DNA of 64,000 bases. It comes from Patescibacteria group bacterium (GTDB taxonomy: Bacteria > Patescibacteriota > Dojkabacteria > J137). Below, in pieces: positions 31,355-40,164 of this stretch. The position numbers were made by a program, and so were the translations under genes. The DNA lies in assembly GCA_963169855.1 (NCBI GenBank), contig CAUJCN010000002.1:645608-709607 (forward strand). The letters are read 5' to 3'. The notes below the pieces were generated by a model that had not been told where the DNA came from, searched no databases, and was given only the letters and a program-made list of their open reading frames with translations. How positions within the stretch are numbered: the first letter of the stretch is position 1; each line of letters opens with the position of its first letter.

Positions 31355-31963
31355 ATGAAAGAGATAGAAATTAAATTCAGCATCACAGAAGATCAGCATA
31401 AATTGCTTCAAGAATGACTAGATAATAATGCAGATTTTGTTGGTGAAAAACATCATGTAGAATATTACTTAGATAATTCGGACACACCCTTTAAATTCGG
31501 ACACAGACTCGGATACATAGATTCAGAAAAGTATTTGAGGGTCAGGACTACAGGCCCTTCGTCAGGCTCAGGGGGTGACTCTGTCTGTTTGAAAATCTTT
31601 GCAGTAAATCAAGAAGATGGTACATCCAAAAACTTTGGCGAATATGAAACCAAAGTCGAAAATGGACAGGAAATGCTGAATATTTTAAAAGGTATAGGAT
31701 TTACAGACGAAGTAGTTGTCGACAAGACACGAAGAAGTTTTAAACATAAAAACTTTGAAATCGAGATCGACGAGGTAAAGGATCTTGGAATATTTGTAGA
31801 GGTAGAGCTAAAAGAGCACGATGATGACTTCGACGAAGGAATTAAGCAGATCTACACCTTCGTAAAATCAATTGGGATAACAAAATTCAAGATTCAAAAC
31901 AGAGGATACGTTTCTATGTTATGGAATCCAAATTACAGTTTCGCAGAAGATGTTACTCTATAG
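31355..31963 (+). pseudogene. CYTH / class IV adenylate cyclase family gene interrupted by an in-frame TGA
   Basis: MKEIEIKF (ExExK) start at 31355 is in frame with the ORF from 31535 (LRVR, EYET, KTR, IDEV..LGIFVEVE, GY); TGA at 31415..31417. Confidence 0.8.
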
Positions 31964-32010
31964 CTGTCTTATGATCATTCTGCTACAATTATTGTAGTGA
32001 ATTTTGATTA

Positions 32011-33120
32011 ATGAAAACTAATTTTGGAATAAAAGACATTTACTTCTTTATAATCTTTCTAGTATTCTCATTGCTAGCTCTAGTGTTATTTTCAAACTAT
32101 ATAAGTTTGATTTTATTGGCATATATTGTAGTAACTCTCTTCCATCCAGCTTATAGATTTATTGCAAGTAAACTAAATCGTGGATCAGCTGTAGCAATAA
32201 GCGTTCTTCTTGTTTTGATTTTCTTGTTAATACCTATATTCTTTATATTGTCTTTAACAACGGTAGAAATTAAGAATCTTGTAGAATCATTCACAGATCC
32301 AGTTAATTTAGGAAACCTTCAGAATAGTATCGATTTATTTGTAAATAGAGTGAATGAACTTTTAAGAAATATTAATCTTGGGTCTTTCCAAATAACTAGG
32401 GATCAAGTAAATATTGTTCAGGCCGTAAATAATATTACTCCAGAGCAGATTATTCAGGTTTTACAGACTACTTTGTTTCCATTTCTATTAGATACAGCTA
32501 GTTTCTTAGGTCAGGTATTGTTCGGATTATTCCTGTTTATAATTTCCTTGATTTATCTATTTCCTAATTACGAAAATTTAGGAAATGTATTCAAAAGATT
32601 CTCACCAATAGAAGACAAATTCGACGAACTTATCTACCAAAGATTTCGAAATACGCTGAAGGGAGTTGTAAGCGGAACATTCGTAGTGGCTATTTGTCAG
32701 GCGACTGCAGTTATCCTTCCTTTGATCGCATTAAATGTAGGTGCTCCAGTGCTTCTTTGGATTATTATGGTTATCCTATCAATAGTCCCAATTGGGTCTG
32801 GATTAGTTTGGTTCCCAGTAGGACTTATTATGATTATTTCTGGATTAGGTTCTGGAAACATAGGCTCAGTTATTGGAGGTATATTCGTCATTGTTTATTC
32901 TGCAATTATTATTAACGTTGTAGATACTGTATTAAGACCTAGATTAATGAGGAATGCAGTAGATATTCACCCTATGATTACAATCTTCAGCGTATTAGGA
33001 GGAATTACATTGTTTGGTATAATGGGAATCGTTTATGGTCCAGTTCTAGTTGTGATGTACATAACGTTAACTGAGATCTACAAACAAAAGTATTTAGATA
33101 AGAAAGATGAACAGATTTAA
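32011..33120 (+). CDS. AI-2E family transporter
   Basis: Multi-TM; VDTVLRPRLM, IHP....SVLGG..LFGIMGIVYGP. Confidence 0.9.
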   Translation: MKTNFGIKDIYFFIIFLVFSLLALVLFSNYISLILLAYIVVTLFHPAYRFIASKLNRGSAVAISVLLVLIFLLIPIFFILSLTTVEIKNLVESFTDPVNLGNLQNSIDLFVNRVNELLRNINLGSFQITRDQVNIVQAVNNITPEQIIQVLQTTLFPFLLDTASFLGQVLFGLFLFIISLIYLFPNYENLGNVFKRFSPIEDKFDELIYQRFRNTLKGVVSGTFVVAICQATAVILPLIALNVGAPVLLWIIMVILSIVPIGSGLVWFPVGLIMIISGLGSGNIGSVIGGIFVIVYSAIIINVVDTVLRPRLMRNAVDIHPMITIFSVLGGITLFGIMGIVYGPVLVVMYITLTEIYKQKYLDKKDEQI

Positions 33121-33385
33121 AAGATTTGGAAAGGGAGTAGTTGCAGCGTTTCTTCTAGGGAGTATAAGCTTCTTAACATTTTTAGTCTATATGCTAATTA
33201 TAGGCATTCCTAAAACTCAGGCAAGAAACTACTACAATATGGCAGAGTCTATTTTAGAAATGCCAAACCCTTCGAAAGAAAGTATTCAGAAAGCTAAAGA
33301 TTATTTAGAAACAGCTTTGGTATTCTGGTCAGAGAGATATATTCAAGAAAAATTGAATGAAGTTAATTCACAAGCTGTCGAATAA
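33107..33385 (+). CDS. small membrane-anchored hypothetical protein
   Basis: Overlaps the stop of the AI-2E gene; N-terminal TM then helical pair. Confidence 0.55.
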   Translation: MNRFKRFGKGVVAAFLLGSISFLTFLVYMLIIGIPKTQARNYYNMAESILEMPNPSKESIQKAKDYLETALVFWSERYIQEKLNEVNSQAVE

Positions 33386-33809
33386 CTGATTTTACAACTC
33401 CCCAAATCTGAAAATTCATCTCCGAAGTGATTACGATCTCGGGATAGTTGTCGTTCTCTGGGACAAGACGAACTTGTCCTGATTTTTTATGGAGCTTCTT
33501 TACCGTTAAGTCGCCATCGATTACAGCGATCACTATTGACCCATTCTGGGCATCTAGTGCTCTGTCGACGACAAGGACATCTCCGGAGAAAATTCCAGCG
33601 TTAATCATAGAGTCACCTTTGACTCGTACAAAAAATGTAGCTGCCGGATGCCTAATTAAAAGTTCATTAAGATCTATTGTCTTGTCTATAAAGTCGTCGG
33701 CAGGAGAAGGGAAGCCTGCTTTTACAGATTCCGTATAAAGAGGGATGTAATTTTTGGTTCCGTCTTCAGTAAGTTTGTAAACTGCACTTATCGAACTACT
33801 TTTCATCAA
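33363..33809 (-). CDS. umuD: DNA polymerase V subunit UmuD (S24 autopeptidase)
   Basis: AGFPSPA cleavage site, GDSM (Ser), TVKK (Lys). Confidence 0.95.
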   Translation of the reverse strand: MMKSSSISAVYKLTEDGTKNYIPLYTESVKAGFPSPADDFIDKTIDLNELLIRHPAATFFVRVKGDSMINAGIFSGDVLVVDRALDAQNGSIVIAVIDGDLTVKKLHKKSGQVRLVPENDNYPEIVITSEMNFQIWGVVKSVIRQLVN

Positions 33810-34861
33810 TTGAATCCTCTTATCTGAGCAAGTTTTGTTAAGTGCTCATCATAAGTTTCCGATAGGTATGAATTACCACTGTCATCATGGAAGAAGAAGT
33901 AGTAAGTTGTTGAATCTGGATATAAAGCTGCTCTAATTGCAACGATTCCAGGGTTGCTGATTGGAGTTGGGGGAAGTCCTCCGACCCTGTAGGTGTTGTA
34001 AGGTGATTCGATCAAGGTATCCTCGATTAATACTGCGGCGTCGTTCTTTTTTGTGATGTAATTTACAGTAGCATCGGATTGTAGCCACATTCCTGCAACT
34101 AATCTATTGTGAAAGATGCTGGAAATTACTTCTTTTCTATCAACTCTGCTAGATTCTTTTTCTACAATCGAAGCAAGAACCAATCCTTGATAAAAAGTTC
34201 CAACTTCAGCAGTTGGAAGGTTTAAATTTGCCATTTCGAACTCAGTAGATACCTTGGCAACGAAGTTTCCAATGATTGTGTCTAGGATTTGGACGGTAGT
34301 TTGCTCGGGCAGGAATTCGTACGTATCTGGGAAGATAAACCCTTCAAGGTTTAGCCCTGCGGGTTTGAAACTTGACAGAGAAATTGCATTGTCCGCGGAC
34401 AGTAATTCTAGGTTAGGGGCATTTACGAAAGCCAAAAATTCTGTTTTAGAGAAAACTGAATTTTCTCCCAATTCTTCTTCAAGAACATCTGCAATTTGAT
34501 CAGATCTTAAGCCTTCTTTTATTGTAATTTTTATTCCGGGTTTGAAAACTCCTTTTTCCAAAATTGCAATCAATTCAGTTAGGCTCAAAGTTCTATTAGA
34601 AATAGTATATTCTCCAGTTTTTACTTCTGGGTTAATGTCGTTTATCTTTAAATACAGTTTGATAACTTCTTTGTTCTTAATCAAAGCTTTAGTTTCTAAA
34701 TCATCCAGTAAAGTATTGAAACTTTCACCTTCGGCAACTGTAAATTTAATCTCGTCTTCGATATTAGCAACATAATTAACCGATTCGTCGTAAGTTTTAT
34801 ATGCGATTAATCCTCCACCAATTAAGACTATTAGAATTACTAAAAAGATGATTTTCTTCAT
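33806..34861 (-). CDS. mltG: endolytic transglycosylase MltG
   Basis: LEGFIFPDTY, LASIVEKE, LQSDAT, SPYNTY, GLPPTPISNPG. Confidence 0.95.
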   Translation of the reverse strand: MKKIIFLVILIVLIGGGLIAYKTYDESVNYVANIEDEIKFTVAEGESFNTLLDDLETKALIKNKEVIKLYLKINDINPEVKTGEYTISNRTLSLTELIAILEKGVFKPGIKITIKEGLRSDQIADVLEEELGENSVFSKTEFLAFVNAPNLELLSADNAISLSSFKPAGLNLEGFIFPDTYEFLPEQTTVQILDTIIGNFVAKVSTEFEMANLNLPTAEVGTFYQGLVLASIVEKESSRVDRKEVISSIFHNRLVAGMWLQSDATVNYITKKNDAAVLIEDTLIESPYNTYRVGGLPPTPISNPGIVAIRAALYPDSTTYYFFFHDDSGNSYLSETYDEHLTKLAQIRGFN

Positions 34862-34864
34862 AAG

Positions 34865-35260
34865 TTAATGTTTTAAATTATCTAAATATTCCTGGAGAAT
34901 CTGTCTGGCAGATTCAGAATCGATGTTTTTATTTTTTACTTCTTTAAGATTCACTTTTGCTATTTCAGAGGTGTAGAACTCATTTATCATTCTTACTTCG
35001 ATGTTTTTTTCCTTCAAATACTCAGCGATTTTATTTATGTTCTCCATGTTTTTGTTTGGACCTTTGTAAGATGGATCCCCAATCACAACAACCTTAGGGG
35101 AGTATTGCTGAATAGCTTCATCGATTAACAGAATTAGTCCAGACACATCTTTGTATCCAGAAAGAAGCCTTCCAGAAAATGCAAAACTCTCAGTTTCATC
35201 TGAGTGAGCAAAGCCTGTCTTTTTTTCTCCGTAATCTAATGCAATAACCATGTAATGCAA
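34865..35260 (-). CDS. ruvX: RuvX/YqgF pre-16S rRNA nuclease
   Basis: ALDYGEKKTGFA.SD, NEFYTS, IDSESA..ILQEYL. Confidence 0.9.
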   Translation of the reverse strand: MHYMVIALDYGEKKTGFAHSDETESFAFSGRLLSGYKDVSGLILLIDEAIQQYSPKVVVIGDPSYKGPNKNMENINKIAEYLKEKNIEVRMINEFYTSEIAKVNLKEVKNKNIDSESARQILQEYLDNLKH

Positions 35261-35298
35261 TACATTGTGATAAATAAAATACCCTCTAAAATCCGTTT

Positions 35299-35973
35299 AT
35301 GGATTTGAATAGATTATATCTTAATAACTGCTTTTTATGTGCTTCTGATGGTTCTATATTGTGTCCAAAATGCTTCGATTCGTATATCAGAAGGGGTATT
35401 CAGAGAAAGTGTCATGTTTGTGGAAATCCTGTTTATTCGGGTCTAATGCATAAGGAATGTAGGGATTATTCTTACTTAGATGGCGTTATTTATCTCTCAG
35501 ATTACTCTGAACTGGTGAGAGAGCTGATATTTTTAGGTAAATATTCAGGTTCGTACTCGATTTTTAAGGAATTTGGTAAATACCTCTATCAATTTAGTAA
35601 AGATGAATTGGTAGGTGGAAAAGGGCTAATCACATCTGTTCCGCTTCATAAGAGCAGATTTCTTGAGCGTGGATTCAATCAAGCAGAGATCTTTGGTAGA
35701 GAATTCAGTTTAAACTCACAAATTCCTTACTTCGATCTATTACAAAGGGTGAAAAAGAGCACAAAACAGTCCTCCTTGGACAAAGAACACAGAATGAGTA
35801 ATATTGCGAACTTGTTCAAAATCAAGGGCGTAGGGGCATATCTGAATAGATTTGATACTATTTACATCTGCGATGATATCTATACTACAGGAAGAACCTT
35901 GAGTGAGTGTGCAAAAGCTATCAAAGAGGTGTTTTCTGGGAAGATTGTAGGGGTTGTGGTGGCAAAGGTTTAG
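35299..35973 (+). CDS. comF: ComF family competence protein
   Basis: Double zinc ribbon CxxC, VPLH..R..ERGFNQA, DDIYTTG. Confidence 0.9.
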   Translation: MDLNRLYLNNCFLCASDGSILCPKCFDSYIRRGIQRKCHVCGNPVYSGLMHKECRDYSYLDGVIYLSDYSELVRELIFLGKYSGSYSIFKEFGKYLYQFSKDELVGGKGLITSVPLHKSRFLERGFNQAEIFGREFSLNSQIPYFDLLQRVKKSTKQSSLDKEHRMSNIANLFKIKGVGAYLNRFDTIYICDDIYTTGRTLSECAKAIKEVFSGKIVGVVVAKV

Positions 35974-36049
35974 CTCGAAATGGTAGAAAATATGCTATAA
36001 TATACGTAGGTATTAGAGATCCGCTATCAATAGCTCAAGGCTCTTGGAA

Positions 36050-36503
36050 GGGGATGTTTAATCGACAATAAGCCCAAAAGTTAGAAGCAAGTAGAGGTTT
36101 GTTAGAAGTTCCTCTTAAAATAAATTTAACCTTTTCTGAGAAATCAGGATCGTAGACGAAAACTAAACGTCAACAACCTTTACACAAATGCTGTAAACTT
36201 CGTATCTAATCTATTTGCTCCTAGAGCAACATTAGCATTAGCTGCTTAAGTGAACTAGCAGCGGATCGAATAAAGTAGAACCGCCGTTTGCAAACTCTTT
36301 CTCTTATGGGAGCTGCAAGCGTCACACAGTAAGAGTGGGTCGTTTAAATTTTCAGCTTTTTAGCTAAGCGACGAACGCAGAAAAAGCACTTAAGAATATT
36401 TTTTTAGTTTATAGTTCTTAAGGTAGTAATAAAACTGAATAAACTTGTAAAACCGATAACTTAGAAGTTTATATGGACAGGGGGGAACCCCTCATCTCCA
36501 CCA
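36050..36503 (+). ncRNA. ssrA: tmRNA with non-canonical T-arm and D-loop
   Basis: Acceptor GGGGATG/CATCTCC-ACCA with G3:U70; TCGAC...GGAC junction; resume context TAAAC-GTC; tag ORF 36169..36249 VNNLYTNAVNFVSNLFAPRATLALAA*; TGnTATAAT promoter at about 35993. Confidence 0.93.
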
Positions 36504-36842
36504 ATTTTTTCTTTGCAAAAATTGAGTAAAGAGTTTGAGTGCAAGCAGGAGGTCTTCAGAAATGCGTATACATTGAGCTATTGCTCAAAACTCACACTCA
36601 AACACATCGCTGAGAAGGATCAAATATTCCAAGCAGGAAGATAAAACTTCTTACGTATTTTTAATTGAGGTACTGAGTTGGAAATACTTCCTGTAATTTT
36701 GTTTCACAGCTTGTCTAAACTGGGTAACTCATTTTGGAGTGCAGGCGCTTCGTTGGATCTCTCTTTTTGACCTTTTAACTTTGAGTCTTTAAACCTTACA
36801 CGCGAGTGTTATAATTGAACGTTTATTCCTTAATACATTTCA

Positions 36843-37691
36843 ATGGACTTGTTTACAGTATTGTTTTATCAGCCAATCTTCAACTTATTAGTAATTCTAT
36901 ATAGAGTCTTTGGAGAAAATCTTGGGCTTTCTATTATTGCTATTGGAATCTTAGTAAGACTTATTATGTTCCCTTTAACTCTTAGACAGGCAAAAATGAT
37001 GCCTAAGAACATGGAAACTAGGGAGAAGATGAACGAGATTAAAGAAAAGTACAAAGATGATAAAGAAAAAATGAATCAGGAAATGATCAAACTTAACTCT
37101 GAATCTATGCCTTATGTTTTGAGTGGCTGTCTTCAACTTATTCTTCAGCTAATAGTATTTATCAACGTTGATAGAGTAATTAGAAGCACTTTTGGGGGTG
37201 GAGTCTCTGAATTCAACAACTTAGCATACTCATTCGTTCCTGGATTTTCTCAGGATTACCAATTTAATGGGAATTTCTTAGGAATTTTTGATCTATCTCA
37301 AACACCATCTGGAGTTGCAAACATGGGCATAACAGCTGCGATTTACATAGGAGTAGTGATCTTGACAGGTATTGTTCAATATTTTTCTATGAAATTGGCA
37401 TTTGCTGCTCAGACAAAGATTACCGATATGATGGCAGAGCACAAAAAAGGAAAAGAAAAGAAGAAGAAAGACGAAAAGGAAGGCCAAAATGAGGACATGG
37501 CAAAGATCATGGCTCAAACTACAAAGCAAACCATGATTTTACTTCCAATTTTACTAACACTAGGAGCCTATAATTTCCCAATAGGACTGAGTTTCTACTG
37601 GATTACACAAGGAGCCTTTGCTATAATTCAACAGCTTTATATTAATAGGGTAAACCTAAAATCCGTAAAGCAGATGCTTGAAAAGCAATAA
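36843..37691 (+). CDS. yidC: membrane protein insertase YidC
   Basis: GLSII...VRLIMFPL, GCL..ILQL, GLSFYW....F.IIQQ. Confidence 0.93.
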   Translation: MDLFTVLFYQPIFNLLVILYRVFGENLGLSIIAIGILVRLIMFPLTLRQAKMMPKNMETREKMNEIKEKYKDDKEKMNQEMIKLNSESMPYVLSGCLQLILQLIVFINVDRVIRSTFGGGVSEFNNLAYSFVPGFSQDYQFNGNFLGIFDLSQTPSGVANMGITAAIYIGVVILTGIVQYFSMKLAFAAQTKITDMMAEHKKGKEKKKKDEKEGQNEDMAKIMAQTTKQTMILLPILLTLGAYNFPIGLSFYWITQGAFAIIQQLYINRVNLKSVKQMLEKQ

Positions 37692-37715
37692 TTTATCTAA
37701 TTTATATTTTGAGTT

Positions 37716-38381
37716 ATGAAGCTCACAGCAAAAAAAAGAGAGATAACCGGAAAAAAGGTGAAAAATCTTAGAGCGCAAGGAATTGTGCCTGCTACGATTT
37801 ACGGACCTAAACGAGTATCTGAAAATATTCAAATAGACAGAAAAGAAGCAAGCGCTGTCTTTAAGCAAGTTGCTTTCAACAAATTCTTTACTGTAGAAAT
37901 TGATGGAGAAAAGCCAGTAAAAGCTCTTTTCAAAGAAGTGACTATTCACCCTTTGAAGAGTGAAGTTTTGAACATTGGATTCTACCAAATAGATGAAGAT
38001 AGTAAGATTACTGTTGAAGTGCCTATCCACTTTACTGGAGAGGCTCCAGCTGTAAAACAGAATCTTGGATTCTTGGTTACAAGCATGGACACAGTTGCAG
38101 TTCATTGTTATCCAAAGGACTTGCCAGATAACTTTGAAATTGATCTATCAACTCTAGAAAACGTTGGAGATTCTGTTCAAGTTGCAACTATTACTCTTCC
38201 AGCTGAAGTTGAATTCGATGCAAGTGTTGATGTTAACGCAGCATTAGTTTACATCGCAGCAGCTCAGAAAGTTGAAGAAGAGCCAGTAGCAGCAGAAGCA
38301 GAATTGAATGAAGATGGAACACCAAAGGTTCCTGCAGAAGGTGAAGCAGCAGCTACACCGGCCGAAGAATCTAAGGAATAA
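37716..38381 (+). CDS. rplY: 50S ribosomal protein L25/Ctc
   Basis: R..GKK...LR..G.VPA.IYG, HP, VEVPIHFTGE, acidic tail. Confidence 0.95.
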   Translation: MKLTAKKREITGKKVKNLRAQGIVPATIYGPKRVSENIQIDRKEASAVFKQVAFNKFFTVEIDGEKPVKALFKEVTIHPLKSEVLNIGFYQIDEDSKITVEVPIHFTGEAPAVKQNLGFLVTSMDTVAVHCYPKDLPDNFEIDLSTLENVGDSVQVATITLPAEVEFDASVDVNAALVYIAAAQKVEEEPVAAEAELNEDGTPKVPAEGEAAATPAEESKE

Positions 38382-38423
38382 CTATAAAAAGGCTAAAAGA
38401 TTAAAGATCAGAAGCTCAAAAAA

Positions 38424-38449
38424 GACCCAGGGAAACCTGGGCTTTTTTT
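38424..38449 (+). terminator. intrinsic terminator after rplY
   Basis: CCCAGG-gaaa-CCTGGG then T7. Confidence 0.85.
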
Positions 38450-38464
38450 GTTACATATTACTTT

Positions 38465-38791
38465 TCATCCCTCAGATTCGGATCTAGGCAAACTAAATCT
38501 TCCAAAAAACGCATCGACCATTTTCTGAGCATCTGCAAGCGGGTCTCCTTCATAGTTTATTGGTTGTTCGTTTACTCTAATATTACTGTGTACGTGTAAA
38601 AATCCAAGATCTAACTTGTCTTCAGGTACTCCTTCAGATCTTAGGAGACTTAGTACATGCTCTTTTTGTTCATCTATAGCTAAGGAGAGTTCGTAATCTT
38701 CAAGATTTCGGTCCACTGCAATCTGAGGGGACACTTTGTTTGCAGCTATTGCTTCAATTGGTAAATCGATTTCATTTGGAACTTCAGACAT
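38465..38791 (-). CDS. hypothetical protein (108 aa, acidic)
   Basis: ATG-started ORF filling an intergenic gap; no motif. Confidence 0.55.
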   Translation of the reverse strand: MSEVPNEIDLPIEAIAANKVSPQIAVDRNLEDYELSLAIDEQKEHVLSLLRSEGVPEDKLDLGFLHVHSNIRVNEQPINYEGDPLADAQKMVDAFFGRFSLPRSESEG

Positions 38792-38943
38792 GTACTAATG
38801 ATTTAATAAATATTCCAGATGTTATCTTTCTGTAATTAGTATTGTCAACACTCCTGTACTAATTCCGAGATTCTAATATTTGAATTTTTTTTTAATCTTT
38901 ATCCTTCTAGTCTTTAAGCTTTTTTATCTATATACTATAGTTT

Positions 38944-40080
38944 ATGCAAAATACTCAATTAGACGTAGGTCTTGAAATTCAAAATTTAATAAAAAAATTA
39001 GACGCAGCACCAGCTATTCCCAAAACTTTAAGAGAGAAGGTTGATGGAATGATAATGCGTTTGGTAAAGATGAGCCAGAATGGAAACTATTCTCAGGAAT
39101 TTGAACCAGTATCCGAATATATAGAGTGGGTTTGTAGAATTCCCTGGGGAGCATCAACTCAAGAGAATTTAGATATTCAAAATGCGAAAGCAACTTTAGA
39201 TAAATATAATTATGGTTTAGAGCCAGTTAAATCTAGAATTTTAGAATATCTAGCTGTTCTAAAATTGAATTCAAATAGAGCACAAAGCACTGCAGCGCAG
39301 AGTGGCGATGTTAGTGTAGAGATGTCTAGACTTCAAGGAAACTCTTCTCATTCTCCTATTTTATGTTTTGTTGGAATCCAAGGAGTTGGTAAAACTTCTA
39401 TGGCGAAAGCTATCGCTCAAGCATTGAATAGAAAATTCATGAGAATTGCTTTGGGGGGACTTGGAAATGTAACCGAAATTAGAGGTATAACAAGAACTGG
39501 ATCAGTAAACGCAGAGCCTGGACAAATTATAAAATCCTTAATTAGAACTCAATCAATGAATCCACTGATTCTTCTCGACGAAGTAGACAAGGTTTCTGCA
39601 GATACGGGATTAAGATCAGATGTAATGGCGGCTTTACTGGAAATCTTAGACCCTGAGCAAAATTCAACATTCATGGATAAGTACTTAGATTTCCCAGTAG
39701 ATTTGTCTCAAGTTATGTTCATTACTACTGCGAATAACTTAGGTGGAATTTCCGCTGCTTTATTAGATAGATTAGAAGTGATTCGTTTTGGAAGTTACAA
39801 TGATAACGACAAAATTCAGATTGCCAAAAACTATCTTTTACCAAAAGTTCGAGAAGCAACAGGAATGACAGAAGAGCAGTTGTCTTTTGAAGATGATGTT
39901 TGGAGTTTGGTAATCAGACCTTTGGGATTCGATGCTGGTGTAAGACAACTAGAAAGAACTTTAACTGAACTTGCAAGAAAAGTAGCGTTAAAAATTGTAC
40001 AAGGAACAGCTCAATCTATAAGAATTACTAAGGATAACTTTAGAGAATTTATTCCTGAGGATATTGGTATTTACTCTTAA
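38944..40080 (+). CDS. Lon-type AAA+ ATPase lacking the protease domain
   Basis: IPW, YGLEPVKSRILEYLAV, GIQGVGKTS, LLDEVDK, LLEILDPEQN, LLDRLE, GVRQLER; stops before the Ser-Lys protease domain. Confidence 0.88.
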   Translation: MQNTQLDVGLEIQNLIKKLDAAPAIPKTLREKVDGMIMRLVKMSQNGNYSQEFEPVSEYIEWVCRIPWGASTQENLDIQNAKATLDKYNYGLEPVKSRILEYLAVLKLNSNRAQSTAAQSGDVSVEMSRLQGNSSHSPILCFVGIQGVGKTSMAKAIAQALNRKFMRIALGGLGNVTEIRGITRTGSVNAEPGQIIKSLIRTQSMNPLILLDEVDKVSADTGLRSDVMAALLEILDPEQNSTFMDKYLDFPVDLSQVMFITTANNLGGISAALLDRLEVIRFGSYNDNDKIQIAKNYLLPKVREATGMTEEQLSFEDDVWSLVIRPLGFDAGVRQLERTLTELARKVALKIVQGTAQSIRITKDNFREFIPEDIGIYS

Positions 40081-40164
40081 AACTTGAAATTCGAAGATCG
40101 GAGTTAGAAAAGAAAAAGATCGAAATTTCGATCTTCAATCTTTTTGTTTTTCTGTCTTCTTTAA

